DNA from: Acanthaster planci
Lineage: Eukaryota
NCBI RefSeq assembly: GCF_001949145.1
Contig: NW_019091361.1
Location: forward strand, 372,001 to 436,000
Direction: 5' to 3'
DNA: 64,000 nucleotides
Program-made: the position numbers and the translations under genes
Notes under the pieces: generated by a model
The model's database searches: none
What the model was told of the DNA's origin: nothing
Seen by the model: the letters and a program-made list of their open reading frames with translations, nothing else
Shown: positions 13,486 through 37,700 of the stretch, piece by piece
How the letters are laid out: each line of letters opens with the position of its first letter
Numbering within the stretch: position 1 is the first letter of the stretch

Positions 13486-16400
13486 GTACCTTGGGACCAG
13501 CCTGTGTACCAGATAATTCAAATAATGCTACTGTTAGGTATCCTACATTACAGACTGCAGACGGTTTGTAAAAATACGATAACTCAAGCAGCACAGCACA
13601 AATGTGGCCACTTTCATATCACAATAATATTATTGGCAGATCATTATCTTAAGTTTTAAACTTTTAAACTAAACATCCAAATAGGCTAACTAAATAACAC
13701 TTTTTGGATAGTGTGCTGCATTTACTTTTTAAGCCCTTCTCCTTTTTTATATTTCAACTTGCATAAAGAGCATCCGTTTTGTAAGTGGGCGGGAACAAAA
13801 TACGAATATTTAAAATGACTTCGGCATCATCGTGAGTATTGTTGGGTGTTTTTAGTCTTAATGGTTGCATTAAATTGGACACGTTTCATACATCCACTGT
13901 GTTACACTGTGATAGGATTTCGAGTCTCGGACACTCCGCCCCCAATCTTCCGGAAGGCATCATAGTTATGTGCGTGTCTCACCACTGAGGAAGGAACTTT
14001 CGTACCATAGTCTCACGTAACATATTTGGAGAAAAATATCATGAACCTGCCGATATTTGGACAAATGTGCGTTTTTCCGGACAGTCCTGATAATCCAGGG
14101 TTGGGGTGATTGAGCCGACCCGGACGTCATCATGAAGGTCAGATTCTATCAAAGTAACAAGAATGTATACGGGGAAACAGGTATAGGAAAAAGACACCGG
14201 ACATATGACCGGACGAATTCAGTATCAAGTACTGATGTTAAAACATCCGTTAGCCATATTATCAATGCTAACTTCCATGCTTCTAGTACGCTGTAACTAC
14301 GCAAACTGGTCCAGGTGCAATAAACCGCAAGCGTAATCGGAGAGACTTGCTGGGTTACGTTCAGTAACGTGAAAGGAGAACGAAAAATACACAAACAAGC
14401 ACCCCAACAAACAAACAAAAGGATTCGAGTCTAAGGCCAAGGCAACAATTAAGTAATAACCTAATGCAAGACCTCGGGTCTTGCACCTGAGTTGTCGATG
14501 CTGTAAATTTGGTTTGCTTGAGAATGAGTACAAATTGCAGAAACTACCTAGTTACCATATGGTTACCAAGTGGCTCACCGTAACTACGTACGCTCCCTGG
14601 GAGAGTCAGTGCCCTTCTGAGTACCTCCCATTTGAACTTTTGAAATGCATACCGCCCATAGCCACCGTTCAGTTACTTTCAGTCCCCTTGAAATAATGTG
14701 TGCAGCCCGGGTGCTCTCATAAATTTCAGTTAGTTACCTCCATAATACCTTATGTACTGACATTTTCAGGTCGATTTATATGCGAATACGACGGTTAAGC
14801 AAATTGACAGCACGAAACATTTGCGGTAAAATTTGCCGGAGTTAAAAAGTGTTCGACTTCTATGAATGTGATCAAAAACATCACGACCTCACGAAGAATC
14901 GTCGTGTACATACACTCTGTGCCAAATTCTCGTGTACATCAGCCTTTACCAGTGTGGTTGAATAATGAAACTGCAAATCCGAAGTCTCGACAATTTTGTA
15001 TCAAACTCCACCAAAAGAAATATATTATAGGCCATAATCAGATATTTCATAATTTTTTGTATAAACCCCAGAAGAGATCGATTTGAGCTGGTCATGCCTC
15101 AGAAAAACGAGCGTTCAAAACAAGTAAACTATATTATCAGTACATATCTGATGAAATTACAAAAGTGGAAGGAATGCACATAGTCGTGGGCCGCAGTTTG
15201 GGGCTGTACCGGTATAGTGAACGAACTCGGAGCTCCAGTGCCTCTTCGAGGCGCGACCTCCTTCCCGTCGGGTCATGTACAAATCGTTACCATGGCAACT
15301 CAGCTTACCTCATTAAATTTTAAAATAGACCTGTAACTGACTTGACATGTAAGTATTTTTTCTGTTACAGCATCGAAACTTAAACTCAACATCATCGAAC
15401 ATTAAAACGGGTATTGTTTGTTTTCCGGGCATGGCATGTACTGAACGTCTCGTTCGTTCTTCCAAAGGCTAAATTTAATTCAACTTGAGTAGTTTCTGTT
15501 CCCAAATATACAGCAGACTTTACATTTCCGGGTTATTCTGAAGCAGATTGAGTGGAAACTATTCAACTCTTTTTATCATCATTGATAAAAAGCAAGTTTT
15601 AGTTTCTCTATATCCATATTTAGCCATTGAGTGTACAGGGCACAAGCCTCTCACATTTATTCCCTTCTTAATCTCCTAAGTTTGTGGCATAAACAGTGTA
15701 ACTCCGTCACAGGAGCCTTGTATGCGTGAGATAAAACGGTGCACTTGGCGCTGTTAACGAGTGGTGGACAAGACCAACGTTGACTTTTCTACGTTCGGGG
15801 CTAAAATGCGGGAATGGGGGAAATGGAAGAAAACTGGAGAGAGAAAAAGAGAGAAGGGGATGTAAATTGTCAATTTCCCGAAAATTCCTCAGAATTGTTC
15901 GTAAATAATCATTTTTTGCTTCCTTTTCGCGCGGCATCCGATCACGTAAATTGGCGCTTATATAATGTGGCACAAAAAGAAGTTGTTCCAAATAATGAAC
16001 CGTTCATACTTTTTGTGGTTAAATGGCTTGTTCTTTCAAGTATTTACAAGTTAATATTTCACTCCTCCGTGGTAAAACATGAATTGTATTGAAAAAGTCT
16101 TACGTTAATACGTACCTCGAACAAGTGAATTTGTTTTCAGAGGATCATTTTTGGGATCATTTCTTCCAAGCTTAGCGTTGTTTTCTTTTTCATGTAAAGT
16201 AAAGCGTGAATTTTCCCTAACAAACGGGATATTAGTGAGCCCATCATACTAGTTGACGAACAGCGTAATATGACATCATCTACTCCACGCTATCCGTTCC
16301 AACCGGCTGGAAACCACAATTTAGGTGAAAGTTGTTAAACTTTCACCTGCCACCCTAGTTAAGTGTAAGCTTGACCCTGGTCATGACGCGTGTGCCCGCG

Positions 16401-17017
16401 CAAACCAGGAACAACTCGTTGAAATCCGGTCCAGACTGGCACACTACATTGCGTTACATATGAGCTTGGTTAAGTAAAATTTCATGACGGATGTTCTCGT
16501 TTCCTTCTCCAGTGTTTTTGCATCTGTGATATCAATCACTCGACGTCCAATGGCATAACTATGAAATGTAATTCAAAAAATCTCGTGATGTACATGCACT
16601 GGTAGTGATACCACTGGAGGTTTATGGAACATTTAAATATTCAAATTCAGATAAATTGACGTCAATTCTTAAAAGTTCGTTTAGTGTTGTATTCTGTAGA
16701 AAACAACAAGTTGTTATCACATGTTGATGTTGCACTAAGATTTTTTTCAAAACCTAATTTTGGACATCATGGGTTTTTGTTCAGTTTTGTTCATTATTTT
16801 TCTCATATTTTCTCCTATTTCGTTCATTTCCCCATGACTACGACTGTCACGAGACAGTGAATTATTGCTAAGCAAGTTTGGCAACCATTTCCACGCTCCA
16901 GGAGTGGCGGGAAACATTGATGAAAATAATATTGAATTAGCAGCCTATTGCTATGTAATGATGAATCCATGCCAGTACAAGTTTGTATAAACAAAATAAA
17001 CTTCACGAAATGTGTAA

Positions 17018-17041
17018 AATAATAATAATAATAATAATAAT
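17018..17041. repeat. (AAT)n microsatellite
   Basis: About 8 perfect AAT units. Confidence 0.9.
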
Positions 17042-19431
17042 ATTCAACGTACCATTCAAAGGTTTCAGGGATGATGAATATCATGGTAAAAAGTGTGTTG
17101 AAGATTGGAGACAAACAAAACCTCGTAGTACAGGTGGCGCCCCACGTCAGGTGTCTTAAAGATCAATTTACCAAAACACCTAAGGCCTGGTAATAAAATA
17201 ATAAAGGTCTTCTCGCCCAATTTCAGTGAAGATCCGTTCATTCTCGTCCACATGCATTTCAATTCGTGGAAATTTTTGACTCTCGTTCTGGGATTTCTTT
17301 TGCCCTTTTTTGACACTCAGTTGCTGTTTTTGTGCACACACAAGTCAAGTTGGCATCCTGTTCAGCATCGTTCATACGTAGCATTCAAAACTACACTTTT
17401 ATCATTCCTACGTTTTATATCAACTTTTTTTTGGCTCTTTCATATGTTTGTGCTTTTTTCCGTTGACAAGTAAATCTATTTCATTACAAGTGTTCGATGT
17501 GATTACAGGAGCAATGTCTTTCGCAGTAAGCCTGCTGTAAGATATTTAATAATCATTGTTTTGATGATTGTGAATAATTCCATTCAGCTTTCAAATTTTT
17601 GTTTGTATTTACGACTGTCTCTTGGGTCATTTTAGGAAGTTTTGTTCTTTGCTGTGTGTGTTAACTTTACTGTGTATTTTTGTGTATATTTTTGTTAATA
17701 TCGAATGCTCGATCAATCCATTTCCTTTGACAAATATGAATGAACAAAACGATTATTTGGAGTCGACTGAACGTATTTTCCGAAAGAATTCTCATACTCG
17801 AATTCGTTTTAAATGAATTTAAATGGGTCTCGTGTTACAGTGAATGGCGTTTCACTGAAATTGGCGGGAAAAACCTATAAACACCAGGGTATTTGAAAAG
17901 AGAAGGAGATAGGGCTATCTTATACTTTAAATGGCCGCCATTCTCTTTGAAATTTCCAACAGCCATAATGTTTCCATTGTTTAAAGACAGGAAAATGCAA
18001 GAAATAGGGTAGACAAAAGAGTTGAGCGCAGTTGAAATGATTTATATCGTTTGTTTATTATGTTTAAGCGCTGCAGTCCTCAATACTCTGATTTCATTAT
18101 GATTTTACTTACACCCTCGGAGGGGCTGGGTTAAACACGGTTTCACAAAAATGTTAAAACAACAGCTTCTGTGCATCCGAGTATGTTCAGAGATATAGTG
18201 GGAGGATTATGAAAAGTGACCCTCAGTGCTTAATGTTTTGAAGGTTTAGGTGGCATGCTTGCTTTTTTGTCTGATTTTTTCGTGTGGTGAAATATGAAAA
18301 TAAATCCATAAGATTGCCAGAAAAGACGCGGGCGCAGACGCTGAAAGTAATTTATTACTCCACCTACGCACTGTTTTCTACCTTTCCATTTCTTTTACAA
18401 AGTCTTATTAATGCCACTAAAACACTTAATTCTCAGTTATATGTTAACAATTCAACGCAGTTTTCAATCAGCTATTTCGCGATGCCAGTTACCGCAGAAG
18501 TTGTAGGTTTCTCGCTGATTTTTTTTCTTGGTTGTTGAACAACTTCAGGGAAAAGATCCGACAGTCACCGTTTACTAGCTTCTATCAAGTGCGCCCTCAT
18601 TCCTTGCAAATTCGCGGCGTTGGAGGCAACAAAATCAAATATTTTCAACTAAACTACTATAATATGCATGGTTCGGCAGAAAAATTGATCATTTTCCATA
18701 AAGGTGTATCAAATATCAGACGGAAACTGTTACAATTTCAGCCTGAATGTGAGAAGTACAGGTTTCCCAACTAAATTCAATTAAACTTTAGTCCTCAGAA
18801 TTTGGTGCCGGGATCTACAGTAGATCAATACTCTTTTCCACAGATTTTAAACTAGAATTATTCTTAATGTGCGGGGTTTGCAAATACATGTCATATAAAT
18901 CATCGTGTTTCATACCATGCATGTACATGCATGTAGAGTACTTAGCCTCTTTGACAGTAAGTGTAAGTTACAAGCACGTCTTTGTGGACTTTGTTTACCA
19001 AACATATCACCGTTGGCATGGAGTACTGAATGGCCTACATTGTATTGCGTTAGTTACACGTAAGCAACATGCATCGTACGTTCTTCGAAGCTACATGTAC
19101 ATGTACATGCTGTGGTGAGTTTGTCGTCGTGTGGGGGCCAGGCATGTGTAGTAAAAGAACTTTGGAACACGACGACCATTATTTTGTGACACAGAGGTTC
19201 TTAATAATTCACCGTAGACAGAACACCAACTTTGGAGCATCCTTGGGATCTTGTGAAGCAGCCCGGATCTTGGAAATGTTTCGGCAGGATTTACCAGCCA
19301 AAATATTAGCCATATCCGGGTAGACTGAGTAGAGTTAATAATGCCTCATCACGACCATAGGCAGAGGTGATTGTGCGTGATGGATGTTTGAAGCTGTAAA
19401 TGGAAGCTCTATGGTATAAAGTTGTGCAACC

Positions 19432-20862
19432 ATGAATGACACGGACAACACGACAGCTGTGACCGACTACTCTGACTATGTCACCTCCCCGTCGTCATTT
19501 ATGGACTACAGCAATGATACGACCCTCAATGACACCAGTACCAATACGACTACTGATTCTTCTCTTGCTCTGAACGCAGGGCTCGGTAGCTTGTCATGTG
19601 TTATAACACTGTGTGCCATTTTGGCCAACTCACTGATGGTGGCTCTATTTGCACGCTTCCCCGGCTTAAGAAGTCCAGGGCCAGCTTTCCTTCTGTTGAA
19701 TATGACAGTAGCAAACTTGATAGTGGCAGTGACAGCCCTGATCCCAAATACAGTTGCTTTCTTTGTGAATGGGTGGCTTTTAGGAGACCTTGTATGCCAA
19801 CTCAGCGCTTACCTCTCCTGCTTTGCCTTCCACTTGACCGTCCACACTATGGGCGTGGCGTTCTTCGAGAGATACCTCAAGGTCTGTCGACCCTTGAAAC
19901 ACGCTGAGATCTTCACAACAGTGGTGACCGTCATCCTTGTCGGCGGACTCTGGTTCTTTGCTATGGTGCTTGCCCTTTTCCCATTAGTTGGCTGGGGCGA
20001 ATACGCTTATCTTCCTCTTCAACGTCAGTGCTGGATTAGCCCGGGTGGTTGGCAAGGACATCTAAGTCACATGGGGTTCACCCTGGTTTTGACATTATTG
20101 CTACCCGTCCTCACATCCCTAGTCTGTCTGGTCACCGTTATAAGATTTGCCGCCAAGAAACGCAAAGTCGGCGCTCTCGACGTTCTTGGAGACCAAGGCA
20201 AAACAGGAATTCAGGAGACTTATGGACGCAAAATGAAGAGAAAAGAGCGAGAACTTAAACAAACCATCAGGGAAAGGAAGCTCAAGAAAGTGAAGAAAAA
20301 GAAGGGGAAAAAGAAAAAGAAAAAAGAAAAAAAAGATGACCAGTCATCTTCCTCATCTTCGTCGTCGTCGTCGTCGTCGTCGTCATCATCATCATCATCA
20401 TCATCATCGGATGAGGACGAACGTCCTTCTTACAAAAAGTACAAGGAAGCTAAGAACAAGCAGAAGGCAGAGCGCTACCGGGCAAACGAAGCCGCCTTAG
20501 TCCGTACTCTTACCTGGATTTTGTTACTTGTCCTCTTGACCTGGGTTCCTTACATGGTTGCCAAATGTCTCCAGACTCTGGAGCCCACAAGCGGTATAAT
20601 CCCACCAGATGAATTCCTGATTGTTGCTGCTTTCTTGACATATTCTACGCACGCGATCATGCCAATAATATTGTTACTGGACTACAGGAAGTACCGTAGA
20701 GCTGTTGTAGCTCTCTTTTCCCGCAAGAAAATGGAAGTGGGGAAGGACCACGCCCAAAATCTGGACCTGGATTTGGAACAGGGCGAAATGGACTCTGGCA
20801 TTGAGCTCACAAACGCTGGGAATTTAGCTGAGGGATCTAAAACTAGCGTCAAAGCTGATTAG
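19432..20862 (+). CDS. Orphan class A (rhodopsin-family) GPCR, single coding exon, 476 aa
   Basis: Seven hydrophobic segments, an N-terminus with five N-x-T sequons, TM1 AN, WLLGDLVC before TM3, ERY, TM4 W, PLVGWGEY...C in ECL2 and TM6 TWVP. There is no Lys at the opsin retinal-binding position. Confidence 0.93.
   Translation: MNDTDNTTAVTDYSDYVTSPSSFMDYSNDTTLNDTSTNTTTDSSLALNAGLGSLSCVITLCAILANSLMVALFARFPGLRSPGPAFLLLNMTVANLIVAVTALIPNTVAFFVNGWLLGDLVCQLSAYLSCFAFHLTVHTMGVAFFERYLKVCRPLKHAEIFTTVVTVILVGGLWFFAMVLALFPLVGWGEYAYLPLQRQCWISPGGWQGHLSHMGFTLVLTLLLPVLTSLVCLVTVIRFAAKKRKVGALDVLGDQGKTGIQETYGRKMKRKERELKQTIRERKLKKVKKKKGKKKKKKEKKDDQSSSSSSSSSSSSSSSSSSSSSSDEDERPSYKKYKEAKNKQKAERYRANEAALVRTLTWILLLVLLTWVPYMVAKCLQTLEPTSGIIPPDEFLIVAAFLTYSTHAIMPIILLLDYRKYRRAVVALFSRKKMEVGKDHAQNLDLDLEQGEMDSGIELTNAGNLAEGSKTSVKAD
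20344..20409 (+). repeat. Coding (TCN)22 poly-serine repeat in GPCR ICL3
   Basis: Blocks of TCG and TCA codons giving 22 consecutive Ser, between a Lys-rich block and DEDE. Confidence 0.9.
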
Positions 20863-21899
20863 TTGCCAATTAGTTAGTTCTGTAAAAGAATGTTAAGAAC
20901 ATACAGTTTGTTTGATCGTTTGTCACTGTCGACAATTTAGATTTGTTTTGTAAATTTAATCATTGTATGACCTCTTGACCTGGTATAGGCACTTTTGAGT
21001 ACAGCAAGATCGTTCATTACTACATGGTTGTTTCGCATACCCGACTAAACCTACGATGACACCACGGGTAGGCCTACGCGTGAAGGAAGTAATCGAATGA
21101 GCTGTACCGGTAGATTAATGATTGTGGTGCGGTCATTTAGAGGGCGCCATAATCCCAAGGTCTTTTTTCGTTTTTTTAATGGATATAATCTGTATTTTCA
21201 TGTGGGAATGAATGGATTGATCTACCTGGCAGAGGTGAGGTTGAGGCCTTGGTCCGGGAAACCCCCGAGCAGGATTTTCATGCATCTAGTGGGTGTCCAG
21301 TTCCACATGGTTTTATAGATACACATTTTGACCAAATATTACTTTTTTTTTAAAGCTAGGCATCAGTGATTGGTCGAGACATCTGCTATAGGTTGATATT
21401 CATTTGATCATCACAAAATTTATTACCACCTTGTAACCATTAAACGCTGTCGATGTTTTCACAGACTGACAAAAAACTCTTTTTCGAAGACACATTTATC
21501 CGCCTGTATGTAATGGATTGGGAATTTGTTGTCATGTCTTGTAATGCATTCTTTGTTCTGTGTTAATTCACACTTGGTTGTTAAAAGTAATTCATTACAC
21601 CTTTTATAAACTTCTTGAAAACAGCTGAACTTTTTGCCACGACATTGTTCACGTTTGCCATCTCTAGAAAAATAGTTGTTTCTATTATTATTACAAGAGC
21701 ACAGCTCTTTTCAAGGTCGTGGGAAATAAATATGTAAACGCTCTCATTCTTCCAGTGCCCAGCGCTGCTAAAGAAGTACCTCGCTCGGTGAAAACACACA
21801 AATACAGATCGTATTTGTTTATGATTAGAGTAAACAAATTGCTCCGAAATTTGGTCATATTGTTCTTTGACTCAAATATTTGGTTCTACATTTCTATGA

Positions 21900-21962
21900 A
21901 CCGAGAAATTGACCTTCGGAACGCCATACCGGTGCTCTACCAATTGAACTATCCAGCGCTAC
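21900..21962 (-). mobile_element. tRNA-derived SINE head fragment
   Basis: Minus strand reads gcgctggatagttcaattggtagagcaccggtatggcgttccgaaggtc, an A-box/D-arm-like start with no complete cloverleaf. Confidence 0.5.
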
Positions 21963-24043
21963 GTTTGTTATAAGTGATCTCGAATAGAGAACCTGATTGA
22001 CACCCCCCCCCCGAAAAAAGGCTTGTGGGCGTGGTTTTGAATATCTAAAGTCACTGGAGATAGCGCTTAAACAAATAAACTTGTTAATGATGTAATTGAA
22101 ATACCGAAATAGTTACTCAGACGGTTCAAGCGGAATCAGTTGACAAAAGATTAGGACGAAAAATTAAAGTGCCGTAATTAACGTTCCAACTTTTGTGCCA
22201 CTGAATGTGTATTGACTCTCCTGCCTAAGTTCGTGGAATTATGGTCACTTTTCTGGATGATTTATTTTCTTCGGTGTGATTATTTAAAAACTTATTTTGC
22301 CAACACACCAAAAACTTGAAAAGAAATGGAAGACAGATAAGACAAATTAGTTTTGTTGAGAAACCCTAGTAACGTCGGCCTGCAGGCAATTTGTCATTGA
22401 ACTTTTTGATTTTACGCTGTTTTGAGTGGGGCTTGAATGTTTTGCATCAGGGACATTGCTTTCAATATTACATGTTTTGGCCTGGGAGAGGCCATTGATT
22501 TCCTTTGCAGCTCCTTCAAGTTTTTTCTTTTGATCTCAAAAAGGGTTTGTTGGAGTTGAGCCCTTCTTTCAATTACGTATTCAGTTTTCGTGATGAAGAC
22601 ATCTTTAAAGTATCAGTAACAAAATGTTCAAAAGGTGTCTCCAGCTTCCAGTTTGAAAGCTTGGTAAAGAATGGGGTAGTAAATTGCTGTAAATAATGCA
22701 CAGTGTGTGTTTGTTAATTCCTTGTCGAATCAGTATAAAAACACTGTAAACAACTTTAACCACAGATAAGACCCTCCATGCAAGTGCAAAAACAATAGCA
22801 ATTCTGATTGAAATTTTTACAGTATAGTGTAACCTTTAACAGTCTAGAAACTTCACTAACTCTTTGATATTGTTTGTGGAGCATGCGCCTAACGTTTGAA
22901 TTGGAATAAAGCACACCTAAGCATCCAGAACCAAATTGTCGGGGGTAAGTTTTCGGGGGAATTTTACAGGATTTAGAAAGAATAGAAATGAAATAGTCCC
23001 AAAAACGGGATTTGTGCATTATTCTCAAAAATCATAACCAAACACTTGCTCCTCTTTAAGGAGCGGCTCTGTTTCCCCATGGATCCGTTATGTGAACAGT
23101 ACCACCCAATGTCATTAATTCAGCACGTTTAATAAATTATAGGCAGTTGTGTCCTTAGAGACTTGGTCAATGGTGCTACCGTTTCTCTTCCTCTAGGAGT
23201 AATCAAAGGCCTGTAATCCGACATCCTCATCTCTACAGCTCTCACTCATACTTTGCAATACGTTGATCTGATATAATGCTGTCTGTTCAACCCCTTGAAT
23301 CGGATGTAAATGGCACATTAATATCGGAAAATTCACAATTAGTTTCACCGGCGTTAATAGATTTTTAAAAGCATTTTTAAGGTTCAAAGGGCACTGCAGG
23401 AGATAAATACAAATGTGGGACATAAATACAAATGCCCAATTTCCAGAAATAAATGAGGAAAGAGCAAATTTGTTTTGCCGTTACAATAGGCCAGACGTTA
23501 CCGCTAAGTCTTAGGAAAAATTCCGTCGTCCTGAAGTACTCGTATAAATTGGCCACGCTGGTGCATCGTGTTATTATTATTACTGATGATGATTTATTTC
23601 AAACACTGTGATTGTAGCCCGGAGGCTAATTTGCCATAGAACACACAGCTTGACTATTCAATAAATAAAACATTAGAGCATTAAAAATTTTAAGTATTTA
23701 AAATAAACACAAAACAACAATCAGAAAATGAAAATTTCTTAAGATACAAACAGAAAATGGCACAGTTATAACCAATGCCCTCAAAAACACAAATCAATTA
23801 AATCGTACACTTCAAATACCCGGTTTAGTCAGCTGGCTAGTTGGATATAACAGGGCTCATCCCTCGCTGTTCTTATTGTAATTACAATATATATGCACAC
23901 GGAGTGGTACTCTCCACCTGTCATGTTAAATTAATGCAAGAGGGCGCTTTTTATCGAAGCGGAGACACGTACATATATATACAGACGCACACATTCTTCC
24001 CAAATTAAGTCGTGGTAAGTAGGCCCATGAAGGCCTATAGAAA

Positions 24044-35105
<11,062 letters not shown>

Positions 35106-37200
35106 GATACTGAACCATCTTTGTTACTTAAAGATATTTACTGATAGGCTTCTCACAATGACGTCAAACTTTGTTTACTCGTGCACTTTCCTATCCGGTT
35201 TGTAAGTGACTTAATGATACATGCGCACGCACCACTGATGACAAGCCTTCATTACATGAGCCTTCAAGTTGAGCGTTATCTTCCAGTTCCATGGTTCAAC
35301 GTAGGTCTATGTGCAGTGGGCGTAGTTTAAACTGAAGTGACCCCACGCTTACAAACCAGATGGCAATGAGGTGGGCCTTGATCCATAGCCCCCTTGAGAA
35401 AATGCACGCAGAAACAAAGAGTGATATCATTATGTTAATAGCTGGATATTATTCCATTAAGACTAGCCTTGGTTTGGTCATTGCCTGTTATATCTAACCC
35501 TCAACTGAACACAGTGTTGTTCAAGACGTTTAAGGTGAAGTCCAGTGATTATTTTGAAGAGGAAGGGTTTATATTTGTCGTAAACTCTGTTTAGACACTC
35601 TCCAATGTAACAGGTTTGAGATGCATGCTGCCAAGCTTGAAAATAAAAGGGAAAAACAAAGAGAACAAAGGGTGTATGTCATAAGTGCTTAATGGTTTGA
35701 ATTCACCAATTCTGGTAGATACGAACTCAAGTCGGTAATTGTCTGGGTTTAGTCTGGCTTCACTGCTGTGTATACTGTGTTACATACAGCATGTGGTAAA
35801 ATAACATCATGCAGAAATGGTCAGTGCAACTCACCCCCAGTATGCATGTGAGTCATCTACCAATGACCAACTTAAATAATCTGCCAGCTCCTGGGAACCT
35901 GCTACCAATATTGTATGGAGTAGTCTGATTGGCTCAGAATGATGACATTATGAATATTCATTTTTGGCACAATTTAATTGGTTTAGAATGAAAGTAATGT
36001 AAATATTCAAGCCTTGCTGTGTGCCCATGTACTTGCACACATGCTGCTTTCACAACAGAAATTGTCTACACTTCCATCCACAACATTGTTTGTTCATCAT
36101 TTCTTTTGATTTTTTGTCGTTCAAATAACACAGTGGAGGTGTTAGAGTAAGGAATTACCAAAAAGCAAAGAGTTCTGTTGGCCATGGCTTGAGAAAACCA
36201 GGATTTTGAGTACTCTGAAACCCAAACAAGCTGAGGTAATCATGAGATTTCTACCAGACGCGTACATGTAGGTGAAATACCTGATTGGTCCTGTCTGTAG
36301 GAAGGTTTATGCAGAGGCTATTAGCTTGCTGCTTACTTGAATATCTTCCCTCAGTCATATTGGTCAAGTTTGACATGTTGGATTGCAAAATGTTAAACAG
36401 AAGGCTTAGTATTAACATTAATGATGCAGTACTGATGACATAAAAGGATAAACACGACTTTTTGATGACTTGATTTCAAGTCCATGATCTTGACAGTACA
36501 GCATTATTTGAAAAGTTGACAGTCAACACTAACAGTGCTGTTGGGAAACAATTATTAAAAAAATATACTGTGGATGGTCAATTATATGTCTTGTTGGCGG
36601 GATAAATGTACTGCCAGCATGACATATTATGTTATGTTAAGTTTGTTTTCATGTTTAATCATTATTCTATTCATAAGGCATAGATTTTTGTTTAGTTGTA
36701 AGATACAAATTTTATGCATCTGGTTTCTATTACAATCACTTCCATATTTTTGTGTAATATTTGAAAGCTATTTTATGATAATTTAAATCTTTTCAGAAAT
36801 CTGGTGGCATAAATGATTTAAATTTTTTGAACAGAATGCTGGATTTAGGCAAGAGTGTGAGGGGTCAATGAACCTTCTTAGTACTGGCATCTTTCTCTTA
36901 AGACGATGTGTCAATGTATCAATGTTGCAGGTCGCATAGGTCCCAATTGATTGAACCACATACTTTACAGAAATTTCATGAATATTTTACATTTTTTGGG
37001 AGAGGATTCAATACCATTGCCAAAATTATGATTATGGATTGAAGTTTGGTATGAGAGCAGAAGAAATCATATACATCAAAACAATAGTGCAATTCAGATA
37101 CATTAAGTAGAGCAATTCTAAAGCAGTAAATATAAAGTCTAAATTTGTAATAGATAAATGTGTTGAAAACTTAAAAATTTGTATAACCCACTTGTATGTA

Positions 37201-37206
37201 AATAAA
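37201..37206 (+). terminator. Candidate polyadenylation signal for a long (~2.1 kb) SIRT2 3' UTR
   Basis: AATAAA in an A/T-rich context ahead of the convergent gene's 3' end. An earlier AATAAA lies near 35642. Confidence 0.3.
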
Positions 37207-37700
37207 TTGTTTCCAACTTTGGTAAAAATTAAACAGTGGTGATAGTGGAAGTCGGATACCTTTGAGGTAAATGGAAGAAATCAACCCTGGAATGTGGAAT
37301 GAGTTTTACCTTTTAAGTGAAAGGTTTTTAGTTTTTCGTGATTTTTTTTCACCTGCGTATGGAACATGATTTAGTCTTTCAAAAACCACTGACTGTTAGT
37401 GCCAGTGACCCAACGAATGACCACCTGCAACTAAGTGGTGAGGTTGCTAATGGACAGTCTAATTATATAAATTATATAAAATTATATAAAAGGGAATGTT
37501 GGGCATCTGAAATGCTTAATATTATGCACGAAGACAAAAATTGTTGGAAGCATCATTTTTGTTTAACATAGGCCTACAATCGATAATCCCATACATTTTT
37601 CTACATTTTTATTTTTTTAGTAAACTCGGACAACCTTTTCTGATTTAGGAAGAGCAGACTGGAAGGTTAAGTCTGTGCTAAGCTACCCACATCAGGTAGA

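Noticed and set aside
19432..20862. Opsin assignment for the GPCR (PLVGWGEY...C resembles opsins)
   Set aside because: The TM7 position equivalent to the retinal-binding Lys is Tyr (YSTHAIMP).
21900..21962. Functional tRNA gene (also 54290-54480 and 62790-63030)
   Set aside because: Only partial A/B boxes without a full cloverleaf; better explained as SINE heads.
22270..23430. Possible decayed retroelement coding sequence between the GPCR and SIRT2
   Set aside because: No recognisable RT or endonuclease motif could be read by eye.
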